A DNA stretch of 64,000 nt from Eledone cirrhosa (GCA_964016885.1 OZ024742.1:197842001-197906000), one strand, 5' to 3'. Counted from the first letter of the stretch, positions 28,212 to 46,050 are shown. The notes: generated by a model from the sequence alone, not told the origin. Numbers and translations: made by a program.

Positions 28212-29329
28212 ATAAAATATAGAGAAAAATACTGCAGGTAGCACATGGATAACATGTAATAAAATGAGTCCCTCATCAGTGATTTGCCGACGATCATAGA
28301 TATTTCATTGCATTAAAAATCATATACCTCACGTCGGTGCAATAATAACCAAAATAACAATTAAAACGCGTAAAGCGAGTGAGACAAGAGAACAACAAAG
28401 AGTATGGCTAACCAGGGGAAAGAAACAAGCTTCAAAAATTATTCTGTTTAGCATAAGCTAGGTGAATATATGAGCGCTTTTAGAACAGACCCGACCGAGC
28501 GAAGGTTATGTGCGGAGAGAGAAAAATAGCCTTCGTGGTGTACAGGATGAAATGAAGAGAAGAGAGAGAAACAGTGAGTGAGTGAAAGTGTGAGGAAGAG
28601 TTAACTGACATGACAGAGGGGGAGAAACAGAGAGAATGGAGGAACAGTAAGAGAGAGAGAAAAAAACACAGAATCGCAGTGGTAAATATATGTAATAAAA
28701 TATAGAGAAAAATAGAGAAAAATACTGCAGGTAGCACATGGATAACATGTAATAAAATGAGTCCATCATCAGTGATTTGCCGACGAATGAAATATCTATG
28801 ATCGTCGGCAAATCACTGATGGGGGACTCATTTTATTACATGTTATCCATGTGCTACCTGCAGTATTTTTCTCTATATTTTATTACATATATTTACCACT
28901 GCGATTCTGTGTTTTTTTCTCTCTCTCTTACTGTTCCCCCATTCTCTCTGTTTCTCCCCCTCTGTCATGTCAGTTAACTCTTCCTCACACTTTCACTCAC
29001 TCACTGTTTCTCTCTCTTCTCTTCATTTCATCCTGTACACCACGAAGGCTATTTTTCTCTCTCCGCATATAACCTTCGCTCGGTCGGGTCTGTTCTAAAA
29101 GCGCTCATATATTCACCTAGCTTATGCTAAACAGAATAATTTTTGAAGCTTGTTTCTTTCCCCTGGTTAGCATGATCTTTGTTGTTCTCCTGTCTCACTC
29201 GCTTTACGCGTTTTAATTGTCCTAATAACTTATTTTGGTTATTATTGCACCGACGTGAGGTATATGATTTTTAATGCAATGAAATATCTATGATCGTCGG
29301 CAAATCACTGATGAGGGACTCATTTTATT
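28211..29329. mobile_element. Fold-back of a ~490-bp unit, each arm with terminal redundancy (Penelope pLTR-like, non-autonomous)
   Basis: 28211-28785 is the reverse complement of 28800-29329 with small indels; TGAAATATCTATGATCGTCGGCAAATCACTGATG repeats at 28788 and 29280. Confidence 0.7.
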
Positions 29330-32081
<2,752 letters not shown>

Positions 32082-34733
32082 ATACGACTTGTCCTCAATA
32101 GAACTACGGTGACAGTAATATCTGCGTACGCACCCCAATCCGGACTGCCCGGCACTATAAAAGACAGATTCTATGAGACACTGATGCTAACTACCTCCCA
32201 AATATCCGACAGTGACTATATAATTATCGCAGGCGACCTAAATGGTCACGTTGGACAACATTGTGACGGCTACGACGAAATCCATGGAGGCTATGGGTTT
32301 GGTACTAGAAATGAGGAAGGCTCCAGAATCCTGGAATTCTGTGATGCAAATAACCTAACTATCTGTAACACTAACTTCAAAAAACGTGACAATCACCTGA
32401 TCACCTATAGATCCGGGGAACACACAAGCCAGGTAGATTATATCCTTACCAGAAGACGTGACAGAGTGTCTGTTGTTAACACTAAATCCCTCCCCCATGA
32501 AGAATGCACCTCCCAACATAGACTGATAATTAGCGACCTCATAGTCAGGACGAGACGTACTCGACAACAGAAGAGGACTATCCTCAGGAGGAAAATATGG
32601 AAGCTAAAGGACCCCACAGCCAGGAATAAATTTCAAAGCATATTACTTGATGCTTTCGACAGTAAGGAAGAACATTTAGAGTCGGACAATATAGAGGGAG
32701 AGTGGGAATTTCTGAAAGCAAACCTGCTGTTGGCGACAGACGAGGTCTGTGGCTGGAGCAGGCCTGTAGGCAGGAGGAGAGTAACATGGTGGTGGAACAG
32801 TAAGGTGGAGGGGTCAATTAAGGCCAAAAAGCAGGCTTGGAAAGTATGGCGGGATGGGGGAAGTAGAGAGGACTATCAAGTGGCCAGGAGGGAAGCTAGG
32901 AGACAAGTGTACTTAGCAAGAAGGGAAGCTGAGGAAAGAAAGTTCAAGCATGTTCTACAACGCGATGACCAAAAACGTGAGGTGTTCAGGATTGCTAGGC
33001 AATGCGTCAAGGAAAACCGTGATATTGTCGGGGAGAAGTGTGTACTAAACGACGATGGCACACTTGCCATCACCGACGCTGATAAGAAGGTAGCTTGGAA
33101 GTGTCACTATGAAAGGCTACTAAATGAGGAGAATAATTGGGAGAAAGGCAGTCTCCCCCATATCGACCCAATAGAGGGACCAGCAGTGTTAGTCGAGGGG
33201 AGTATAATAAGTAAGGCAATCAAGGATATGAAGACTGGTAAGGCGGCTGGGCCTTCGGAAATAGTTGCTGAGATGCTGAAGGCATCTGGCACGGTGGGAC
33301 ACACCATGGTCACCCGCATAGTTAACCAAGTCGTACAGAATGGGGTTGTTCCGAAGGACTGGCATAGCAGCATCATCGTTAACTGTTATAAGGGTAAAGG
33401 AGACGCCCTAGATAGGAGTAACTATAGAGGCATTAAATTAATCGACCAGGTCATGAAGGTCACGGAAAAAGTAATAGCGCAACTAATCAGAGAGAGAATT
33501 GACCTAGATGAAATGCAGTTCGGGTTTGTGTCAGGCAAAAGTACCACAGACGCTCTTTTCATAGTACGACAACTACAGGAGAAGTACCTAGCTAAAGGTA
33601 AACCCCTCTACTTAGCTTTTGTCGACTTGGAGAAAGCCTTCGACAGAGTCCCCCGCTCCATTATCTGGTGGGCTCTTAGAAAACTAGGCGTTGACGAATG
33701 GCTTGTGGGGGCTATACAAGCCATGTATAAAGAAACAGTCAGCAAGGTTAGAATTAACAACGAATATAGTGAAGAGTTTAGCGTAAAAGTTGGCGTCCAT
33801 CAGGGCTCTGTTCTCAGTCCACTACTATTTATTATTGCCCTTCAGGCTATAACAGAGGAGTTCAAGACAGGCTGCCCATGGGAACTCCTATACGCAGACG
33901 ACCTGACACTCATAGCGGAATCAATGGCCGAGCTAGAGAAGAAATTCCAAACATGGAAGCACGGCCTAGAGTCAAAAGGACTTAAAATTAACCTGGCTAA
34001 GACCAAAGTACTAGTTTGTAGGAAAGAAAACAAGGCGGCGGTCCCTTCTGGGAAATGGTCGTGCTCGGTGTGTAGGAAAGGCGTAGGTAGAAACTCCATT
34101 TTATGTCCTAAATGCAAAGTATGGGTGCATAAAAGATGTAGTGGGATCACAGGTAAGCTAACTAAGAACATAGATTTTACATGTGGCCGGTGCTCTGGTG
34201 CAATAAGTAGCAGCAAGTGCCCACAAACTACTAGCTCTTTCAATTGCGAAGAGGGTTCTATAGAAATAGTGGACAGCTTCCGTTACCTGGGCGATAAAAT
34301 CAGCAGTGGGGGAGGGTGCTCTGAAAGTACTGTAGCTAGAGTCAGAACTGGTTGGAAAAAGTTCAGAGAGCTTATACCACTATTAGCTGCTAAAGGGTTC
34401 TCACTAAAAATGAAAGGCAGGTTGTACGATGCCTGCATACGAACAGCAATGCTGCACGGCAGTGAGACCTGGGCATTGTGTGCAGAGGATATACGCAGAC
34501 TAGAGAGGAACGAAGCTTGCATGCTCCGCTGGATGTGTAACAGTAATATACGTGAACAGCAAAGCATAAACGAACTAAGAAAAAAAATTAGAGATAAGAG
34601 GGATCAGATGTTGTTTACTCGAGAGAAGGCTACGTTGGTATGGACACGTGATGCGCATGAAAGTCGATAGCTGTATAACAAAGTGCAGGGCAATAAAGAT
34701 AGACGGTAGTCACGGAATAGGCAGACCTAGGAA

Positions 34734-34734
<1 letters not shown>
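32082..34734 (+). mobile_element. RTE LINE family A, truncated at both ends; partial APE, RT and PHD-like finger; 1-nt frameshift at ~34580
   Basis: [49 protein letters not shown]; ends abruptly at GRPRK|TATA. Confidence 0.95.
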
Positions 34735-35887
<1,153 letters not shown>

Positions 35888-36630
35888 TCAACATGAATGG
35901 ACCTGTTATTTTTATCTAAAGACATTTTTCCCATTACACCACGTCCGTCCCTTCAATGTCTTATTTCTCATTCTTTTTTCTGATGAAGGACTAGTGTCCA
36001 AAACGCTATTTCAAGCGTTAACCTAATATATTCCTTCCATATACTGTACTGATTGTGTTGTTATTTCTGTTTACCTTTTACATGTACATCAGCCCCTACA
36101 TCCAACAATGCCTCCCTGCATGACCAACAAGACTGCGCACTCTTGTATTGTAAAGAGATAGTGCTGGTACCACAATGAAAGCACCTAGTCCACTCTGTAA
36201 GGAAGGTAGTAGTGCTGAAGTCACGATAAAATGTTCCCAATATATGCTGTAAAGTGGTTGGCATTAGGAAGAGTATCTAGCCATAGAAACTAAGCCAAAA
36301 CAAAGTGTACAAGCAGGACCTAGTCACCTGGCCAATCAAGCCTCAGCACTTGACAGCTGGCTAATATCACATGCAAGCATGCAAAATAGGCATTAAATGA
36401 TCATCATCACTGTTTAATGTCTATTTTTCAACACCTCTCTCTCTCCCTGCCTGCATGATGGATCTCTTTGTGAATTTCTAAATGTTCAATCCACTAAAAG
36501 TCCGACTTTTAATAGTCTGAGTAGCTGAATATTCCACATTATATATGTATGCAGTCTTAACATATTGTATATACTCAAGCCAACATCCCCATTTATAAGC
36601 TGAGGCAACTAATTAACACATTGTTTAGAT

Positions 36631-36929
36631 CAGAGATTCTCAAGCTTTTGGGGCCACCAACTCCTTCGAGGCCATGTAATACCCTCAGCGCCCCAGAGAG
36701 AACTGCCTACACACAAATTGTAAATATATAATAAATAAAATTGTTAATTTATATATAATAAACAATACATACTATGTATAAATAAATATTACATGTTTAT
36801 ATTTTAGTATATATATAATATGTATCGTTTGATATCTAATATACTATATCATCTCTACCCTCCCCCACCGCCCCCTGGACCTTCTCAACGCCACCAAGGT
36901 GGTGGTAGCGCCCACTTTGAGAACCTCTG
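36631..36929. mobile_element. Non-autonomous hAT transposon (MITE)
   Basis: TIRs CAGAGATTCTCAA / TTGAGAACCTCTG; 8-bp TSD GTTTAGAT / GTTTACAT. Confidence 0.85.
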
Positions 36930-38185
36930 GTTTACATAACACCCCACACTTCATTTTACCAAATTTTTTTTGGGGGGGGACCTTATATTTGAGTACATAT
37001 GGTAATTCCCAACCTGAAACAGCATTATATTACAGTTCTGGACCTTTAAGCTTACAGATACTGTCCATCTGATGAGCTTCCACACCATTTCCATTAACCC
37101 TTTAGCATTTAAACCAGCTCTATCCAGCCAGAATTCTCTCATTTCTTTCTGTTCAAACCAGCCATAACCGGCTGCTCATACTTATGTTAAGGTGTTCTCA
37201 AAATAAATAACATCAAAATCTCGTAGATTCGATATTATGTGAGATAAAGAGTTCACTGTGAAAATGCAATAGTATATATAGAGTAATGTGAATGCTAAAG
37301 AGATAACAAGGCTTGAGTTGAGCTGATGCTATATATACTAACCAAGCAGTATGACTAAACCCATGGCATTGTGGCTGCAATGTTATCTACTTAACCACTC
37401 GGCCATGCCTATGACCTATATATATATATATATAAATTAAATCTCACGGATCACCATTCAAACATTATTCAACATTAATTTACAGCCGGTATCCATGCTG
37501 GAATGGGTGGGATGGGTTGACAGTTGTTGAAATGTCTATACATTACAACTAAATAGAGGTTTCTCTTTTTCAATTATATACACAAATATGCTGGTGTCTT
37601 GTGTGTGTGTGTGTGCACATGTGTATTTATACACACACACACACACACACAAATGTTTGTATTTATACATGCATATGTATATATACAGGCACCCACAAAT
37701 ATACATATGTTCATCACCATTTAAAACCCAATTTCCATGCGAACATGGCTAGATGAGTTGTCTCATTGTGAGACAAGTTGGATCAGGTGAGTGTCTTGCT
37801 CATACAGAACTGTTTCTGGCTTGAATGCTCTACCTAACGCCAACCACATTTACAGTGTGGACTGGGAGCTTTCTACCTTGGCACCAAAACAACCAGCTGA
37901 CAGGTTGGACTGCGTATTTTTTCATCATGTCAACAGCACGACCGCCTTACAGGATGAAATAGGCACTTTTTGACTTGTGACCAAAACGACCACATTACAA
38001 GGTGGAGTAGGTGCTTTTTGTTGTGCCACCAAAATAACCACATTACACACACATATATACAAAGTATATATACACACATATAAATGTATTATATATGTTT
38101 TCATATATATGTGTATATTTGTTTACACACACAGAGTCAGACAGATAAAATTGAGGTTTATATGAAGGCATATACAATATGTTTA

Positions 38186-38777
38186 TCTATATATATAAAA
38201 CTGAGGATGTCTGCCTGTGTGTGTGTGTGTGTGAGCTTGAATCCCTAAAACTAGAGGAGCACCCAACCGACTGTTTTCAAACTTTACACATGTAATATTT
38301 ATTTTTAAGGGAGTGTTCTGAGCAAAAAAATTTTCAAATTTTCAATGCCCTAGGGACCACATTAGGTGATTTAGTGACCTCTCTATAATTCTTCGTCTTT
38401 CTCTTTAGATAGATACATACATATAACGTCGCGCCCTTATAATATCTGTCTGTATGTCTTGCTGTCTGCATTACGTCACTTCTTACAATTCGCTCTGCAT
38501 CCAGAACGCGCCCTTATAATATCTGTCTGTATGTCTGGCTGTCTGCTGCCTCCAGTTATTCTGCCACCCTTGCTCAAGACAAATCTCACACTCATTCCCC
38601 AAACAGTTGGTAAGTGCACACAACTTCTTCCTCACGTTTTAAGCCAGTGTTGCTTACTTACGTACCACCAGACCCTTACTTCTTTGCCAGCCGTAGTTGT
38701 GGCTATACTAAGCTTCGCTAAGGCAGTTATATATTTCACAATACCTTATCCCGTGCAACGCCGGGTACCACTGCTAG
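38186..38777 (+). mobile_element. Non-autonomous Helitron
   Basis: A|TCTATATATATAAAA start; 3' hairpin CCCGTGCAACGCCGGG then CTAG|T; internal ~29-bp direct repeat at 38431/38508. Confidence 0.8.
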
Positions 38778-38994
38778 TGTATAATAAACATATATAAGTC
38801 TCGCTATGAGTATTTTAAGCTGTGATACTGTCACAGCTATCACCATTGCTGTGTGTGAATACCAGAGACTACTGTTTCAGGATTTTTATCCATCACCAGT
38901 GACATTTACTTGTTCTGTATTGAGATAAGAATACGTTATAGCATATATAATTTTTGCATAGAAAACATCTACTTTTGAAGTTCATTTGCATATA

Positions 38995-39300
38995 GTGATG
39001 ATGTGCAGGAGACTGCATTGATATGGACATGTGATGTGCAGGAGACTGCATTGATATGGACATGTGATGTGCATGGGCAATGATCTTTGGGTGAAGAAGT
39101 GCCAGGAAATGCTAATGGAACGAAGCTGCAGTAAAGGTAGTCCAAGAAAGACCTGGGTAGAGGTTGTGAGAGCTGACCTCAAATCACTGAGACTCACGAA
39201 GGATCGTGATGAGTGATGAGATACTATACTAGGAAAGACCTGTCCAACTCATGCATGTATGGAAAAATGGATGTAAAAACTATGTTGATGGTGATGATGC
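38995..39300 (+). mobile_element. Old RTE 3' remnant with ~33-bp tandem duplication
   Basis: Decayed RRLHWYGHV, PRKTW.EVV.AD, KT.PT and GAT tail. Confidence 0.75.
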
Positions 39301-40134
39301 ATGCTTGACTGGTTGTGATTAATTAATTAGCAATAGCACCAACAGAGCATGATTCATAATAGAGGTATATACAATATGTTTATGCATAATAAAATATACA
39401 AGTCTCAATAGAAATGTGAGAACACCAGACACATGAATGACTCCATGCTTATACTACAGCTTGTTAATCATAGCCAGTCAAGCATATATGCAAATGGGCT
39501 TCCCAGCAGATGTTTTAAACACGAAAAGTACATAAGGTGTAGCTTATTTTTATCTCAGTGCCAAGTGAATAAATGTCACTGATGATGGGTGAAATATCCT
39601 GAAACACTAGTATCAAGTATTCACTCAGCTTGAAACACTCAAAAAGATATGCATGTTTATTATACACAAACATATCGTACATGCTTCATCAAAGGATGGA
39701 GAGGACCCTCAGTTGTGTCAAAGACATAACAACTTCTCCTGAGCACTCGATGAAATGTAAGACTGTACATAAGTGAGACACAGGTCCCTGGCCCGCCTGG
39801 GATATCTGTGGCTCCGCTTCAGTACTGACTTTAACTATATGGACCCATCCAACTCTTGCTAGCAAGGAAAGAGGACGTTAAAACAATGATAATGATACAC
39901 ACACACAATCATCATCAGTTTTAGTTCAACTTTTCCATGCTGGCATGGGTTGGATGGGACTTTTTGAGGCAATGTTTTACAGCTGAATGCCCTTCTTAAC
40001 ATCAACCCTTTTAGTCACTTCTTATGACACACAAGGATGTGGTGCACTTATTTTAAACTGAATACACAGTTTAGATAGGAAAGGATGAATCAATTGATAG
40101 AGATAGATAGATAGATGCATACAGGCACACACAC

Positions 40135-40565
40135 GAGTATGTGTATTAAATGCCCAAGAGGCATATTGAGATCACTGGTAAGCTAACAGAGTAAGTGCAT
40201 AGTTTACTAATGAAATTAAACTCTTAAATGTTCAGAAGGTTCACTAGAAGTAATTGATAGCTTTTGCTATCTAGGTGACCTCATTAGCAATGAATTTCAA
40301 TGTACTAAAAGTGTTGTAACCAGAGTGAAAATGGAGTGAAAGAAGAGAAATTGCTCTGGTACAGACATGTGTTGTATGGGGATAGTGATAGTTGTATAAA
40401 AAGAGTAGCAAGCACTTGAAGTACCTGGATCCTGTGTAAGAGAGAGACCAAGGAAAATATGGGACAAATTTGTGAAGAATGACCTCGAGAAATTGGACCT
40501 CACACAGGTGGTGTTACAGGATCATTTTGAATGATGATTGTAATATTAGAAAAGACCCAACCACC
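40135..40565 (+). mobile_element. Old RTE remnant
   Basis: Decayed FCYLGD, RPRKIW and EKT motifs. Confidence 0.6.
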
Positions 40566-41048
40566 AGTACAAGGACTACAGCACTAAAAGTATTGCAGTA
40601 CTAGAAAAGAACCAGCCATAAGTACAAGCGCTAAAAGTATTGCAGTTACCAGTACAAGCACTAGAACACTAAAAATATATGTTACAGCCAGGAGACAAAC
40701 TATCTAGTGTTAGTGTACACTCAATACTCACTACAGAGTGACTGATAAATGAATCAAGACATCATAGGTTAAAGAAGATACTTTGGACTTAAGGAATATA
40801 CAGCTGGTGCCATGATATATTGCATTCAATACAGTTATTGATGATCAAACGAAGACACTATAGGATAGATAAGAATCTTCAGTCTTGATGAGTACATAAC
40901 TTAACCTTTTAGCATTGAAACCGGCCATATCTAGCCATAATTCTCTCACCTCTTTCTGTTCAAGCTGGCCATAAATGGCCACTCATACTGACGTTACGGT
41001 TTTATCTTAAAAATAAATTATGAAGCTAATGTTAAAACAACAATGATG

Positions 41049-41089
<41 letters not shown>

Positions 41090-41130
41090 ATTGTGTGTAT
41101 TTGTATATATATATATACATATATATATGA

Positions 41131-41173
<43 letters not shown>

Positions 41174-41178
41174 CATAT

Positions 41179-41781
41179 GTCAGGTCACCAGTTGGTGCTA
41201 CTGGTAACATGTATCCCAGTACAACCTGTCCTATGGTCGAGTCGTTGGCGACTAAACTGGCAACCCCACCAAGGTTTCTTGGTGAGGAGGGTGACTTTGG
41301 ACATCCTGCAGGACTAAAAACAAAACCTGTCAAAGGAGCTCTTAAGAGTCGATGGCCATCAAAAATCACCGGGAGAGATGACCCCTTAGCCTTTGTCAAG
41401 GCAGAATTCTAGGAGAAGGAAAACTCTGATATAACACCTGCAACCCTGATGGTATCCAATGATGTTGACTTGTTCTTCTTTTTGGTAAATATCATCTTGG
41501 TTAAGAGAGTGGGACTGGCTTTGTGCAGTGCCTTTGCTCACTATAAAAGCTTCACGGTACAGGCATTGCTTTGTATCTGGAGATCTCTCTGCACTTGTCG
41601 TCACATGGTACCATGGGCCCAGCACTATGTGTCAATAATTGTCACAAGTGTAGTGTTTGTACCAGAGTTTTCAAGTCGCTGGCTGGACTAAAAAGTCACA
41701 CTTGTTCAGCGCATCGGTAGGGGTTCTCCTACATGGATATAAAGTAGTGGCCGTACTCGAAAACGAGTTGGCAGCCACCAT
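41179..41781 (+). mobile_element. ~600-bp non-coding non-autonomous element, probably RTE-related, in a TA tract
   Basis: Second copy at 19762-20190; CTAGGAGAAGGAAAACTCTGA resembles motifs recalled from RTE 5' UTRs; several hairpins at the 5' end. Confidence 0.65.
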
Positions 41782-42475
41782 ATATATATATATATATATG
41801 AATATTTATGAATATTTATGTGTATATGTGTATATATACATATATATATGAATATTTATATGTATATATGTATATGAATATATGCGTATGTATATGAATA
41901 TATGTGTGTGTATATGGACATACATATATACATATATGAATATGTGTGTGTGTGTGTGTGTGTGTATATACACATGCCATGCAAAATGTTTTATATGTAA
42001 GAAAAATAGTTTTAATAAACAGAAAAAAGTTTTATAGATCCTGCCTTTTAAATTTGTGAAAGATGTATTGTGCTTTTATGTAGAACAGATTTTGGAAGGA
42101 CAGCAGTGCTCAGGTAACTTTAAATTTCCATAATCTAGGCAGGTTTATCATATGTTAGGCGTGATTATGTACCAAACTAAACAGGAACAATGGCAATGTC
42201 TCGAGACATCACAATCCTGACTTGGTTATAATAGTTTAGTACAACCGTGAGAAATATCATGGCTCTTTCTGATGATGATGATATGTGTGTGTGTGTATAT
42301 ATATATATAAAAAATCATCGTCGTCACCATTTTCTCTATATGGATTAGACAGGTTGTCACATTCTGAGGCCAGTCAGGTCAGATAATTATGTGCCGCTTA
42401 TAAACTATTCTGGCATGGTCTTTTATGGCTGGATGCCTTTCCTAATGCCAACAACTTCAGTGTAAACACACACAT

Positions 42476-45400
42476 ATCATCATCATCATCATCATCATAC
42501 GTCCGCTTTTCCCTGCTTGCAAGGGTGGGACGGGTCTTATTCAGCACAGCATCTCTCCACTCGTCACGGTCCTTCGTCATCTCCACCGTGAGCTTCAATG
42601 ATCTGAGGTCTGTTCTCACCACCTCCGCCCATGTTTTTCGTGGTCTACCTCTACCACGTCTTCCTTCAACTGGCATTTCCTGGCACTTCTTCACCCATCG
42701 GTCATCCTCCATGCGCATCACATGTCCATACCACCTCAGTCTCCTCTCCCGTACACTACATTCTATCTCTCTCAGACACAGTTTCTCTCTCAACACATTT
42801 ATGCTGGGTCGTTCACGCACATTTACACTGCACATCCAACGGAGCATGCTTGCCTCATTTCTCTCCAGCCGTCGCATATCCTCTGCAGTTGCTGTCCATG
42901 TTTCACTACCATGCAGCATCGCGCTCCTCACACAGGCATCATACAACCGGCTTTTCGTATGCAGGGAGAAACCCTTCTTCGTCAACAGAGGAAGCAGCTC
43001 CCTAAACTTCTTCCAACCCGTCCTTATTCTAGATACTATGGCCTCGGAACACCCTCTTCCCATGCTAATCTGATCTCCTTGGTACCGGAAGCTATCCACC
43101 ACTTCCATAGCGCCCTCCTGCATTTGAAAAATGTGTCAATCAATGCGACTTCTACTGTCTAATTTCCCTGTATATCTACTGCATACATATTTCTCCCTAC
43201 CTGTTAGTTTGCCTGCTATCCCGCTACATCTCTTGTGTACCCAGGATCTGCATTGTGTGCATTTTATAGAATTTATGCCAGTTCCTTTTCTGCATATCGA
43301 ACATGGCCATTTCCCTGACGGAATCAGGATTTTGTCCTCTTTTCTACTCATCAACACTTTTGTCTTAGCTAGGTTCACTCTGTCCTCTTGCTTCCAACTG
43401 TTGTTTCCATAGCCAGAATTTATTCTCTAGCTCCTCTACTGATTCTGCTATAAGAACCAAATCGTCAGCATAGAGAAGTTCCCATGGACAACCAGTCTTA
43501 AACTCCTCTGTTATGGCTTGGAGGACTATAATGAACAAGAGCGGGCTGAAGATTGAACCCTGATGTACTCCTACTTGTATCTGGAATTCCTCACTAAACT
43601 CCATTCCTACCCTGACTTTACTGAGAGTACCTCTGTACAAAGTTTGCACTGTCCTCACAAGCCATTCCTCAACACCAAGCTTCCTTAGGGACCACCAGAT
43701 GACAGATCGGGGTACCCTATCAAAGGCCTTCTCTAGGTCAACAAAGGCTAAGTCATCATCATCATCATTTCATTTTTACGTCCGCTTTTCCCTGCTTGCA
43801 AAGGTGGGACGGGAACTGATTCTGGCTTGATTTCTAGTTGGATGCCCTTCCTAACACCAACCTCATTTACAGTTAGTGCTGGGTGGTTTTTTGCCGTGGC
43901 ACCTACACGTCCACTTTACAGTGTGGGCTGGGTGCTTTTATTCCCTGGCACCTCCACGACCGCTTTGCAGTGGAATGATAGGGACCCCAGTCCCTATCAT
44001 CTCATTTCTACAGCTGAGTAAACTGGAGCAATGTGAAATAAAGTGTCTTGCTCAAGGAAACAACACATCACCCGGTCTGAGAATTGAACTCACAACCTTT
44101 CGATTGCAAGGCCAATGCTCTAACCACTAAGCTATAGTGGCTTATTCTTCTCTAAGAACCTCTCTTGCAATTGTCTCACCAAGAAGAGGGCATCTGTTGT
44201 ACTCTTCCCAGGCACAAAACCAAACTGCATCTCATGTAGTTTGACCCTTTCTCTAATTAGTTGTGCTAATATCCTTTCTCCCACTTTCATAACCTGATCT
44301 ATCAGTTTTATACCCCTATAATTGCTCCTCTCCAGAGCATCCCCTTCACCTTTGTAGCAATACTGCTGCACCAGTCTTTGGGTATAACACCACCATATAT
44401 AGCCTGATTGATGATGCATGCAACCAGTTTAGTGCCTACGTCCCCTGATGCCTTCAGCATCTCAGCAACTATTCCCGATGGTCCGGCAGCCTTACCATTT
44501 TTCATTTCCCTAATCGCCCCTTGGACTCTATATTCATCAATCTCAATAGCTGGTCCCTCTGTCGGATCTACCAAGGGTAATTTCTCTCTCTCCCATTTGT
44601 TCTCCACATTCATCAGTCTCTCATAATGACATTTCCAGGCCTCCTTTTTCTGATCATTCGTGACACTAAGTACACCGGCATCATCCCGGACACATTTATC
44701 TCCAACAACATCCTGATTTGCATTGACACACTGCCTTGCAATGTGGAACACCGCACGCCTCTGATCTTCCCGTCGCAGAACATTGGCAAACCTCCTACTC
44801 TCCGCCTCCCTGCGTGTTAAGTACACCTGACGTCTAGCTTCTCTCTTAGTGGCTGTATATTCTTCCCTACTCACACCCTTTTTCCAAGCCTTCCATGCTA
44901 GTCTTTTGTCTCTAATGGCCTTATCTACTGTGCTGTTCCACCACCAGGTCACTCTCTGTCTGGTTGGAGCTCTGCTCCAGCCACAAGTTTCATCAGTAGC
45001 CTGCAGCAAGTTGTCACGTAAGAAATTCCAGTTATTATCTATGTCATACGTCTCTAAATCATCTTCTTTTTCGTCATATACATCTTGAAGGGCTTTCCTA
45101 AATTTGTATTTTAGTGAAAGGTCTTTTAGCTTCCAGACCTTTCTTCTCCACACCTTCCTATATGTCTCATTCCATCCCTTGCTTACTGAGATATCACTAA
45201 CAACTAACCTATGCTGTGGGGTACATTCTTCCCCAGGGTATGCCTAAGTATTAGACACTATCTGCCTGTCCCGCTGCCTAACTAGTAAGAAGTCAATCTG
45301 GCTAATGTGCTCACCAGATTAGTAGGTTATTAGGTGATTGGCAGGTTTCTGGAAGTTTGTGTTGCAAATAGTCAATGTACCTGCATCACAAAATTCAAGA

Positions 45401-46050
45401 AGTCTCACTCCTTTATTTCTTGAACCGTAACCGTGCCCACCATGTACCCCAGTGTAACCATCCTGGAGCTGTCCAACATGACCATTGAAGTCTCCTGCTA
45501 GCATAACGATGTCTCCGTCCTCTGTCATTGCGGTTGTTGGTAAAAGTTGCTCGTAAAAGCAGTCTTTCTCATCTTTGCATAGGCCGAGATGATTATCAGT
45601 AGTCTCCTGCCTACAACTAATCTAAGCTTAATTATTGGATTACTAACTCGAACTACCTCTATTGTCTTATTGATCCATTTCTCAGCCAGGAAAATGCCTA
45701 CTCCTCCTAACCCATCATCCTTTCCTACCCAGAATAGCTTATAGCTAAGACGTTTGCCTACGACTAGTCTCGCAGAAGCACCTCTGCATCTCACCTCTTG
45801 CACGCAGCACACATCCACCTGCCTTCTCTCCAGCATCTCCGCTATTTCAGCAGATCTACGTCTGAGAATGCCAACATTAAGTGTTGCAACTCTGAGATGC
45901 GACGTCTTCATATTTTGTTGTTGTTCCTATTTGTTGCTGTGCTGATAAGCGTTTTGGCATCGATACACTGGTTGGATGCCCTTCCTAACACCAGCACCAC
46001 TTTACAGCATGGACTGGGTGCTTTTATTTGTGCCACCAGCACTAGAGAGG
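42476..46050 (-). mobile_element. RTE LINE family B, near full length, multiply frameshifted; ATG at 45911; coding frame runs into (GAT)n tail
   Basis: Collinear ORF fragments LRVATLNVG, CVQEVR, AGDFNGHVG, NYRGIKL, LYADD, PHD-like finger, GRPRKTW. Confidence 0.92.
43753..44132 (-). mobile_element. Nearly complete SINE (tRNA head, body, RTE-derived tail) nested in family-B RT region
   Basis: Interrupts [12 protein letters not shown]; CTAAG at both junctions; tail matches family-B 3' end. Confidence 0.9.

Noticed and set aside
41184-41296. Twister or HDV-like ribozyme call
   Set aside because: Could not place the twister UAA/GUCCC-AAGC elements or the HDV L3/P1.1; kept only as an unclassified fold
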